Shown here one piece after another: positions 1-12,197 of a stretch of DNA of 64,000 nucleotides. The stretch comes from Eledone cirrhosa (lineage: Eukaryota). Under the pieces are notes generated by a model. The model had not been told where the DNA came from. It did no database searches and was given only the letters and a program-made list of their open reading frames with translations. Position numbers and translations under genes: made by a program. Each line of letters opens with the position of its first letter. Position 1 is the stretch's first letter. The stretch lies in contig OZ024748.1 of assembly GCA_964016885.1 (NCBI GenBank), forward strand, positions 23,188,001 to 23,252,000, given 5' to 3'.

Positions 1-600
1 CCAACTCGTCCTCAAGTACGGCCACTACTTTATATCCATGTAGGAGAACCCCTACCGATGCGCTGAATGTGTGTGACTTTTTAGTCCAGCCAGCGACTTG
101 AAAACTCTGGTACAAACACTACACTTGTGACAATTATTGACACATAGTGCTGGGCCCATGGTACCATGTGACGACAAGTGCAGAGAGATCTCCAGATATA
201 AAGCAATGCCTGTGCCGTGAAGCTTTTATAGTGAGCAAAGGCACTGCACAAAGCCAGTCCCACTCTCTTAACCGAGATGATATTTACCAAAAAGAAGAAC
301 CAATCAACATCATTGGATACCATCAGGGTTGCAGGTGTTATATCAGAGTTTTCCTTCTCCTAGAATTCTGCCTTGACAAAGGCTAAGGGGTCATCTCTCC
401 CGGTGATTTTGGATGGCCATTGACTCTTAAGAGCTCCTTTGCTCTTTGACAGGTTTTGTTTTTAGTCCTGCAGGATGTCCAAAGTCACCCTCCTCACCAA
501 GAAACATTGGTGGGGTTGCCAGTTTAGTCGCCAACGACCCGACCATGAGGCAGGTTGTAATGGGATACCTGTTACCAGTAGCACCAACTGGTGACCTGAC
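1..600 (+). mobile_element. RTE-clade LINE-like 5' UTR / non-autonomous derivative, copy 1 (cut by window start)
   Basis: Near-identical to 931-1357 and to the reverse complement of 41461-42069. Motifs AGAGTTTTCCTTCTCCTAGA..GCCTT and GGGGTTGCCAGTTTAGTCGCC recall RTE-type 5' UTRs (family assigned from memory, not a search). Ends in (TA/TACA)n. Confidence 0.6.
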
Positions 601-667
601 ATATATATACATATATATATACATATATGACCATACATACATATACATATACATACATACATATATG

Positions 668-860
668 ATGGCTGCCCCCTCGTTATCGAGTATGGCCATT
701 GCACGATAGACCATTATTAATAATTATCAATTAATTCTATCGAGCAATGCCTGTGCCTGAAAGTATTTTTTAAAGTGAGGAAAGACTGTGCACTGAGCCA
801 ATCCCCCTCTCTGAGCGACAGTAGCTATAACCCGAACAGAAGAAAAGATCAAGATCATCG
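668..860 (+). mobile_element. Diverged relative of the same RTE-like 5' end (second subfamily)
   Basis: ATGGCTGCCCCCTCGTTATCGAGTATGGCCATTGCAC (also at 1394-1430) parallels the hairpin start GTGGCTGCCAACTCGTCCTCAAGTACGGCCAC of 931. AATGCCTGTGCC..GCACTGAGCCAATCCCCCTCTCT parallels 205-270. Confidence 0.45.
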
Positions 861-930
861 GTAACTACATACATACATATATACGTACATACATATACAT
901 ACATACATATACATACAAACATATATAGTA

Positions 931-1357
931 GTGGCTGCCAACTCGTCCTCAAGTACGGCCACTACTTTACATCCATGTAGGAGAACCCCTACCGATGCGC
1001 TGAACAAGTGTGACTTTTTAGTCCAGCCAGCGACTTGAAAACTCTGGTACAAACACTACACTTGTGACAATTATTGACACATAGTGCTGGGCCCATGGTA
1101 CCATGTGATGACAAGTCCAGAGAGATCTCCAGATATAAAGCAATGCCTGTGCCGTGAAGCTTTTATAGTGAGCAAAGGCACTCCACAAAGCCAGTCCCAC
1201 TCTCTTAACCGAGATGATATTTACCAAAAAGAAGAACAAGTCAACATCATTGGATACCATCAGAGTTGCAGGTGTTATATCAGAGTTTTCCTTCTCCTAG
1301 AATTCTGCCTTGACAAAGGCTAAGGGGTCATCTCTCCCGGTGATTTTGGATGGCCAT
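931..1357 (+). mobile_element. RTE-like 5' UTR, copy 2 (direct repeat of copy 1, offset 937 bp)
   Basis: Only a few substitutions versus 1-420; flanked on both sides by (TACA)n. Confidence 0.6.
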
Positions 1358-1472
1358 ACATACATACATACATACATACATACATTCATACATGATGGCT
1401 GCCCCCTCGTTATCGAGTATGGCCATTGCACAAGAAAAAAAAAATACATACAAACATACATACATACATACA

Positions 1473-1506
<34 letters not shown>

Positions 1507-1519
1507 CATACACAAATGT

Positions 1520-1870
1520 TGTCTGTGCCAAGTGGTGATTGAGCCAGCGAGATACGGCAACACTATTTTGATCTTAGTATTAAACAACCAGTTAAGATCA
1601 CTGACTCCAATATGATAGTGGAAAACATGATCAACCAATAGCAGCTACTCAACAGCCTGAGGTTGTAACACCCCAAAATTAAGCCTAACAAACTCACTCC
1701 AGCCCACCCACTCGACAATATGGACCCACACAAAGCAAACTGGGATATAATTACGCGTGACCTATCACTTATTGATGGTCTTTTACACTCACTTCCCCTC
1801 ACATCAAAGCACCTTGCTAGTTATTTGAAGATGCTGTTACTAACATATGCTCAAACCACACCCAAACAAA
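1520..1870 (+). pseudogene. Decayed LINE ORF2 fragment (APE endonuclease C-terminus and linker, CR1/L2/Jockey-like)
   Basis: LCQVVIEPARYGNTILILVLNN resembles LxQxVxxPTRxxNxLDLVLTN. The downstream KANWDIITRDLSLID resembles the KANW..L..IDW linker. Stops and frame changes are present. Confidence 0.55.
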
Positions 1871-1889
1871 AATATATTCAGGCCTCCCA

Positions 1890-1897
1890 AGAGAGAG

Positions 1898-1952
<55 letters not shown>

Positions 1953-2131
1953 GGGAGAAGGGGCGAGAGAGGGAGAGAAGGAGCAGAGAGAAAGAGAAGT
2001 GGAAGGAGAGAGGGGGAGAAAGAAGAAAAGGTGTGAGGAAGAAAGAGTGAGAGAGAGAGAGAGAGAGGGGCAAAGAGAGAGTGAGAGAGAGGGATAGAGA
2101 GAGCGAAGAGAGAGAGAAAGAGAGAGAGAGA

Positions 2132-2182
<51 letters not shown>

Positions 2183-2219
2183 CGAGAGCGAGAGAGAGAG
2201 TGAGCGAGTGAGAGAGTGG
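1890..2219. repeat. (GA)n-rich polypurine microsatellite
   Basis: Direct reading. Confidence 0.95.
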
Positions 2220-2311
2220 AAAAACCTCATTAGAAAAATAAAAAGGCTAAAGACCCCCTCCCGCCTCGCCCCAATATCAATTAAGTCAAACAGCAGCAGG
2301 AATAAGGCCAC

Positions 2312-2731
2312 CATTACCAGATACAACATGGGTGGAATGATAGAAATATATATTCTGGACCTGTATAACAACATTATCAGATACAACATGGGTGGAATGA
2401 TAGAAATATATATTCTGGACCAGTATAACAACATTATCAGATACAACATGGCTGGAATGATAGAAATATATATTCTGGACCAGTATAACAACATTATCAG
2501 ATACAACATGGCTGGAATGATAGAAATATATATTCTGGACCTGTATAACAACATTATCAGATACAACATGGGTGGAATGATAGAAATATATATTCTGGAC
2601 CTGTATAACAACATTACCAGATACAACATGGCTGGAATGATAGAAATATATATTCTGGACCTGTATAACAACATTATCAGATACAACATGGCTGGAATGA
2701 TAGAAATATATATTCTGGACCAGTATAACAG
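2312..2731. repeat. 60-bp minisatellite, 7 near-identical copies
   Basis: Unit CATTATCAGATACAACATGGSTGGAATGATAGAAATATATATTCTGGACCWGTATAACAA repeats line by line. Confidence 0.97.
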
Positions 2732-2825
2732 TCGACAACAGTGAAAGGGTTACAGTGAATGTGTGTGTGTGTGTGTGTGTGGGGGGGGGGGGTCTGAAGT
2801 AAATTGGAGAGGGTTTCGGATAGTC

Positions 2826-3410
2826 AGAGAGGGTTGTGAGGGTTGTTGAGGGATGTGATGGTTGTTGAGGGTTGTAGAGGGTTGTAGAGTGTTGTGACGG
2901 TTGTAGAGGGTTGTAGAGGGTCGTGATGGTTGTAGAGGGTTGTAGAGTGTTGTGACGGTTGTAGAGGGTTGTCGAGTGTTGTGATGGTTGTAGAGAGTTG
3001 TAGAGGGTCGTGATGGTTGTAGAAGGTTGTGATGGTTGTAGAGGATTGTGATGATTGTTGAGGGTTGTAGGGGGTTGTAGAGGGTTGTAGAGGGTCGTGA
3101 CGGTTGTAGAGGGTTGTAGAGGGTTGTGATAGTTGTAGAGGGTTGTGATGGTTATTGAGGGTTGTAGAGGGTTGTAGAGGGTTATGATGGTTGTAGAGGG
3201 TTGTGATGGTTTTTACTGGTTGTGGGGGTTGTAGAGGGCTGTAGAGGGTTGTAGTAGTTGTAGAGGGTCGTGACGGTTGTAGAGGGCTGTGATTGTTGTA
3301 GAGGGTTGTGAGGGTTGTAGAGAGTTGTGATGGTTGTTGAGGGTTGTGATTATTGTAGAGGGTTGTGAGGGTTGTAAAGGGTTGTGATGATTGTGATGAT
3401 TGTGTAGGAT
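2826..3410. repeat. Degenerate ~10-bp tandem repeat (GGTTGTAGAG / GGTTGTGAT)
   Basis: Direct reading. Confidence 0.9.
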
Positions 3411-3732
3411 TGGGACACTGAGAAATTAGACACAATTCTAACGTGTTCTTCATCTTTGCCGCCGCAAAACATAAGATCGTTGTTTAATCCATTAATTCAT
3501 TAACTGATGAAATGATATCCCCTTCAACGACGCCAGGGATGGGAATTTCATATAGATCCCATTCAACGGGCTTCCAAACAGTTTCTGTATAGCCCATTAC
3601 ACTTAGAAAACATGGATCGACCCTAGTTTATGGTGAATAACACTTGTCCAAGATAGTATAGAGCAGGATCCAGCCCGGGACCTTATAAATAAGAAGACGA
3701 ATTTTTACCCGTCTTGCTGCGACCTCACCGAC

Positions 3733-3848
3733 ACACACATACATATAGGTATCCCCCCCCCCCCCCACCACACGCACACACACACGCACACACACGCACA
3801 CACACACACACACACACACGCACACACATACACACACACACGCACACA

Positions 3849-3879
<31 letters not shown>

Positions 3880-3893
3880 GCACGCACACACAC

Positions 3894-3957
<64 letters not shown>
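3733..3957. repeat. (CA)n microsatellite
   Basis: Direct reading. Confidence 0.95.
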
Positions 3958-3959
<2 letters not shown>

Positions 3960-4173
3960 GTATACGTGGTTCTGGTATATGTGTGGCCACTGCCTTCGGT
4001 CGTTTTTCTTGGTGTCCCACTTTAACTGTTGTGTTTACTCTGGACCATAATGTATTACCTTACCACTCTATAGAGTGCTTTGTGATTACCTCAAACAACG
4101 CGATTGGTACCTGCTATATGGCAGCTACAACTTCGATTTATACCTAATATAATTATATATATATACATATGTA

Positions 4174-4204
<31 letters not shown>

Positions 4205-4714
4205 GAGACCGTGGAAGCCTCATTCAATGGCTACATGACAACATAGACTCCTTCATCAGCCCCCAAACTGTATTATATGTTCGCTCAAGTAATCTAAATA
4301 CTAGTCTTATGACTGTCACTGAAGATGTTTTATGATGCACCAATATGTTAATTTTTATTGATGAGAGCTAATGATTGATTGCTGTATCATTCCGAGTCTT
4401 GTCATTCTCCCTGCTTTAAATATGGCGACACTAATTTAAACTATTGTTATTTTCTTCTCCGTTTTGAGCATGATATCCAAAAGATATTATCAGAACATTT
4501 CTATGCTTCTATACCAACCTATTCTACACTATTCTACATTTATTTAGTGATATTCTCATAACTATCTCGGTAAATACGGTGAACTTTATACATCATTGAG
4601 GATGTTTAATCGTACAGGAATCTGTCAACGGTTGTCTCCTTTGCTTGTTGAAATTATTTTGATTTAGGTTCAAGAACTGCAATTATTCTTTGTGGAGTTG
4701 GTGAATAATTCGAT

Positions 4715-5000
4715 GAAATACTTATTTTATCGACTTCGGAAGGATGAGACAAAGTTGAACTCGGTGGGATTTGAACTGAGAATGTAAAGAATCTTATCAA
4801 ATTGCTTGTTGAAAAAATGGTGGTTTCTAACATTGATACAAGGCTCATAATTTGATGGGAGAGGAAAGACGACTAAATCTACTCCAGTACTTGACTTGTA
4901 TTTATTTTATCGAACCCCGAAGGATTAAAGGAAAAGTTGACATCGGCGAGATTTGAATTCGAATTGCTTGGTGAAATAAATGTTTCTACTTTTGGCACAA
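4715..5000 (-). mobile_element. Two to three decayed fragments of the tRNA-derived SINE family
   Basis: TTTTATCGAC..GAAGGATG..AAAGTTGA..GGATTTGAACT (4725-4776, 4905-4960) and tail TTTCTACTTTTGGCACAA match the reverse complement of 8834-9023. Confidence 0.7.
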
Positions 5001-5544
5001 TAATAAATAATATAAATAATATTAACCACTGGTTAATGTTTTCTTTTTCTTTTATTAACTCACTGTATAATTACTTCCAGTTAAATTTTGGGTGTTCATC
5101 ATATAAAATATGTTAACACGAACTTTATATATTCTTTGGCTAGTTTTCCGTTTCTTACTACACAATTACTGTACCATTACAAACGATATTATTATTTCTT
5201 CCATGTAGTCTTCATTATCGGTGGGGGAAAAGAGAAATAGAATGTCCATAGAATGTGAGACATCAAGTCTCATTTCTGATCTTGAATACCTAACATGAAT
5301 GCTTAGCATGGTTGCCAAGTAATCAGATGTTATGTGAATAATTGCAATTTATTACTCGACAATGGTGACGTTGTTCCTGAAGAGTTTCTGATCAGCAGCA
5401 TAGAAGCTGAGAGAAGCCGAGAGAAGCTGAGCTTAGATTGAATATTTTAGTTAGGATGAACATAAAGTCTGTTTAGTGGACATATTTTTAATAATATTTA
5501 TTGAATATTTAATGCACAACAGATAACCACACACAAACACCCGC

Positions 5545-6345
<801 letters not shown>

Positions 6346-6439
6346 CATAGTTCGTTACAGCATGTCCTATTATAGAGGAGTAAGCTTCGGTAGAAATCCT
6401 GCTTGTATCATAGTAAGTAGGAGCTCTTGTAACGATCAT

Positions 6440-6657
6440 CAGTTTAATTAGATGACCGCGGCATAGTGAACATCATATGACAGTCATATCCGAGGTACCT
6501 CGTGTAGGATGAAGCTTTTCACCACACATGTCAGTTTTCGCACTGAGAGAAGCTAGGCGCTTTAGCTTAAATGACTATACGTATATTTCGCGTCATCGGT
6601 TCGCTGAGTGATATATTGAACAGCCACTGGGATACACGGGGACGTCGCAAGAGACCA
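6440..6657 (-). pseudogene. Possible highly decayed non-LTR reverse transcriptase fragment
   Basis: Minus strand GL..VSQWLFNI resembles GLRQGCPLSPxLFNI; a later HYAAVI may be a decayed YADD. Confidence 0.3.
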
Positions 6658-6720
6658 TCTAGTACCAATACCAACCATTGAAAGATACTAAAGCTTTGCA
6701 CACTCTTAAATTAACATATA

Positions 6721-6890
6721 CCATATTTCCCGGCACTGAAGACGCTTCGTCCTCGAGGACGCACCCTAATTTTGTCAACCAACAATTTGAAAAAAAAAGA
6801 AATAAACATCGTTCGGCCTCCAGGACGCATGATAGATTTTTGAGACTTATTTTAGGAAAAAAGTAGCGTCTTCGACGCCGGGAAATACAG
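6721..6890. mobile_element. Tc1/mariner-pogo-type MITE
   Basis: TIRs CCATATTTCCCGGC / GCCGGGAAATACAG with TA on both sides (6719-20, 6891-92); subterminal GAAGACGC/GCGTCTTC. Confidence 0.75.
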
Positions 6891-6936
6891 TACATATTTA
6901 CACACCCACATGATATATACATATGTACACACTATT

Positions 6937-7091
6937 GGAAGGCCGTTGACTCTTATGAGTTCTGTCGCCCTTTGTCAGGTTTTGTTTATCTTCTCGTAGA
7001 GTGTCCATAATCATTCTCCTCACCAAGAAAGTGTGGTGGGGTTGCCAGTTTAGTCACCAACAACCCGACCATGTGACAGGTTGTACTGGGT
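6937..7091 (+). mobile_element. Diverged fragment of the RTE-like 5' UTR
   Basis: Aligns by eye with 411-565 (TTGACTCTTA..CTCCTCACCAAGAAA..GGGGTTGCCAGTTTAGTC..ACCCGACCATG). Confidence 0.7.
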
Positions 7092-7207
7092 TATATATAT
7101 ATATAGCAAGATTTCTATGTGGGCTCTAACATGTATGGAGTCTTCCCCGGATAAAAGGCTCTCTCGATTTTCTATCGAACAATCTAGCTATATATCATAT
7201 ATTTGTC

Positions 7208-7281
<74 letters not shown>

Positions 7282-7441
7282 AAAATGTATGACCCCGACG
7301 GCAGAGCTCAAGCCGTTTCGATGGCTATTTCTGAGTCCAGAAATAGCCATCGAAACGGCTTGAGCGCTGCCGTCGGCGTCATACATTTTGAGTACTCTGG
7401 TGTGTTGTGGTCCATCTGGTTCCTTACCACAACTCTTTCGT
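7282..7441 (+). mobile_element. Fold-back element: 108-bp near-perfect palindrome carrying the 3' half of a hammerhead ribozyme, plus a ~50-bp tail
   Basis: 7282-7389 is self-complementary around AGTC (7334-37) and contains GAAAC-GGC..GCC-GTC. Tail is shared with 8149-8205. (AT)n on both sides. Confidence 0.7.
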
Positions 7442-7936
7442 TATATATATATATATATATATTAGATATATTCAATCGCCTAATTTAGGTGTTGCCTCCC
7501 TTGCTGAACCCCACGTGGGGTCAGTTACAGACACATCTATGTGGTCTTTCGAACTGAATCCCGTTGATAACGCGTACTCCTAGTTCAGTCAGGATACGAG
7601 AACCTTAACATCCTTTATGTAAGTGGACAGTAAATGACTTATGGAGGCGCAGAAACCCCAACACTGGACTTTACCATCATTCCAGGGGTCCGGGTGAGTA
7701 CCAAACATTTATACTTTCATATATTTTTATATCTGTATATCTGTTTGACCCGAAATAGGAGATGGAATCTTCGCTGTGTGGATAATTAGTTTAACCACCA
7801 TCTCAGTGTGTTTGACCTTTAACGTAAGTTGTAAGCTCTAATTCATTTGAATTATTGAGCGCTTGCCTCACAATTCGAAAGTGTTTTCTCGTTATTTCAT
7901 AGGCTGAAATTCGATTCTCGCTAATTAATTTTTACT

Positions 7937-8011
<75 letters not shown>

Positions 8012-8016
<5 letters not shown>

Positions 8017-8203
8017 AGTAAGTAAGACCCCGACGGCTGAGCTCAAGCCGTTTCGACGGCTAATTCTGTACAGAATTAGCCGTCGAAACGGCTTGAGCTC
8101 AGCCGTCGGGGTCTTACTTACTCCTATTACCCACTCTACTACCCTAAGTATTGAGTACTTTGGTGCGTTATGGTCCACCTGGTTCCTTACCACTTTTCCT
8201 TCG

Positions 8204-8205
<2 letters not shown>
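8012..8205 (+). mobile_element. Fold-back element: perfect 116-bp palindrome carrying the 3' half of a hammerhead ribozyme, plus a tail
   Basis: 8012-8127 equals its own reverse complement (axis 8069/8070) and contains GAAACGGCTTGAGCTCAGCCGTC-GGGG. Same family as 7282-7441. (AT)n on both sides. Confidence 0.75.
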
Positions 8206-8241
<36 letters not shown>

Positions 8242-8244
<3 letters not shown>

Positions 8245-8673
8245 CAAGGTTTAACAAATAAGAAAAAGTTTTAAAATAAATTTTAAAAAGTTCACTGTAC
8301 CTGCTGTAATTACCCCTGGTCGAGATTACATTTTGGTCGTTTTAACTGCTGCTATTTCTAGTGGCAGTAGATTGACCTTTCCGCTTCTGCCTTCTATCTT
8401 TACACACGTCACTAGACAGAATTGCTTCTTCATCATACACTCTCATCTCGGGAACAATTTTGAATGGCGCCAGTTCGTGATTTGAACTCGGGAATTTTAT
8501 ATTCTCCGAGCGAAAAGAACCCTCTGACGAAAGTCTTCCTTTTCAATGGATTTCCGTATGGATTATCCATTTATTTCGAGACTCGAAACCGTACGGTAAG
8601 GGTAATTACAGCAGGTACAGTGAACTTTTTAAAATTTATTTTAAAACTTTTTCTTATTTGCTAAACCTTGATT
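8242..8673 (+). mobile_element. Penelope pLTR/retrozyme-like element with 74-bp inverted terminal arms and an internal HHR
   Basis: 8242-8315 is the reverse complement of 8600-8673 (1 mismatch); HHR at 8519-8603; inserted in (AT)n. Confidence 0.7.
8519..8603 (+). ncRNA. Type I hammerhead ribozyme (minimal palindromic stem III)
   Basis: Stem I ACCCT/AGGGT; core CTGACGA 8524-30; stem II AGTCTT/GAGACT (closing A.C mismatch); GAAA 8585-88; stem III CCGTACGG; GUA cleavage triplet ending 8598. Confidence 0.75.
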
Positions 8674-8788
8674 ATATATGTTCTGGCTCGTTAATTTATT
8701 AACCTGCCATAGAACCACATTGGCATACGGTTGGATAATACATGTGTCCCTATATGTATTTTGCATATAGGGATACATACCTTATTAT

Positions 8789-8833
<45 letters not shown>

Positions 8834-8835
<2 letters not shown>

Positions 8836-9019
8836 GCGGTGAATTGGCAGTATCGGTAGAGGGTCGGACGCCATGCTTTGACGCATAGAGTTACGGCCCT
8901 TGCCATTCTGAGTTCAAATCCCGCCGAGGTTAACTTTGCCTTTCATCCTTACGGGGTCGATAAAATAAAGTACCAGTAATACACTGGGCAATTGCTGGCC
9001 TTGTGCCAAAAGTAGAAAC

Positions 9020-9023
<4 letters not shown>
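8834..9023 (+). mobile_element. tRNA-derived SINE, near full length (Octopus-type)
   Basis: A-box-like TGGCAGTATCGG; B-box GAGTTCAAATCC; central block TTTGCCTTTCATCCTTACGGGGTCGATAAAATAAAGTACCAG; many copies in this window. Confidence 0.85.
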
Positions 9024-9061
<38 letters not shown>

Positions 9062-9148
9062 CTGAACATCCCTGATTACTTTACGTGTAGATGTGTGTGA
9101 GTATATATTGCAAAAATGTGTTGTTTGTTTTGAGAGAAAGAGATAGAA

Positions 9149-9183
<35 letters not shown>

Positions 9184-9424
9184 AAGAGAGATATAGTGTG
9201 TGTGTGTGTGCGTGTGTGTGTGTGTGTGTATTTGTGTGTGCGCGCATGACCTTGTTTGTTTATGTTGTGTATGCCAGTATGAGGTAGAATGTGTTTAACC
9301 TTGTGTACACATTTATCGATCTGGTGGTGGGGGAGAGGAGAGATGTGAGGTTATAAAGAAGTGAAGATGGAATGTAAACGAGAGAAAAATTGCCGCACAA
9401 ACCCAAACACACACGTAGACAGAC

Positions 9425-11030
<1,606 letters not shown>

Positions 11031-11384
11031 TTATTAAAATGTGTGTATTTTGTTTTGTGTTTGTATGTTGTGTGTGTGTGATGTGATGTGATGTGATGTG
11101 ATATGTGTGTGTGTGTATGTGTGTGTGTGTGTGTGACTGTGTGTTTATGTATGAGTGCGTATATTTGTATATTGGAAATGCAAAATAAAGAATATAGTTT
11201 AAAAGCTGGTGTAGTATGTAAGTTCTGCCATGAATATAGATTTCTGATGAGGATTTCTGATGAGAGGGATTGACTCGCAGAGAATTTTCGTCAACGAAGA
11301 CCATTAAAGACTTTTTTTATGGCATCCTTCTCTATAAAAAAGGCACCATGATAAATCAATCTTTGAAGAATCATCGCTTTTTCT

Positions 11385-11624
11385 ACATACATATACATAC
11401 ACATATACACACACAAACATATATATATACACAAATATATATACACACACACACGCACGCACGCACGCACACATATATATATATATATATATATGTGTAT
11501 ATATATATATACATATACTCACTCTCACACACGCACATATATATATATATATATATACATATACTCCCTCTCACACACGCACACATATATATATGTATGT
11601 GTGTGTGTGTGTGAGAGAGAGAGT

Positions 11625-11699
<75 letters not shown>

Positions 11700-11784
11700 T
11701 ATATATATATATATACATATACTCACTCTCACACACGCACACATATATATCTATGTGTGTCTGTGACAGAGAGAGAGAGAGAGA

Positions 11785-11839
<55 letters not shown>

Positions 11840-11939
11840 TATATATATATATACATATACTCACTCTCACACATATATAAGTGTGTCTGTGACAGAGAGA
11901 GAGAGAGAGTGTGTATATATATATATATGTAATATATAT

Positions 11940-12017
<78 letters not shown>

Positions 12018-12085
12018 AGTGCGTGTGAGTTGGTGTGTGTGAGTGTGTGTGTGAGTGTGAGAGTGTGTGTGTGTGTGTGTATTTA
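11385..12085. repeat. Compound (AT)/(CA)/(GA) microsatellite with duplicated modules
   Basis: ACATATACTCACTCTCACAC and GTGTCTGTGACAGAGAG recur. Confidence 0.85.
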
Positions 12086-12197
12086 ATATAGACTAGTGCA
12101 GCCATAAATTTACTCAGTATATAGATATATCGCACCGCCACCGGCGCCACCATCACTACCAGCATCACCACCACCACCACTATCACCGTTGGATCGT

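Noticed and set aside
81-386. 79-80 aa ORFs repeated three times
   Set aside because: Start at non-ATG codons inside an interspersed repeat; conserved only because the copies are young
4205-4265. Minus-strand GGGCTGATGAAGGAGTCT..AGGCTTCC
   Set aside because: Core and stem II-like hairpin present but no GAAA before the microsatellite
5373-5435. CTGAAGA followed by a weak hairpin
   Set aside because: GAGA instead of GAAA and no stem III or stem I
8834-8925. tRNA gene
   Set aside because: A/B boxes belong to SINE heads; no cloverleaf
11244-11300. Two adjacent CTGATGA motifs
   Set aside because: No GAAA-stem III-UH and no stem I partner
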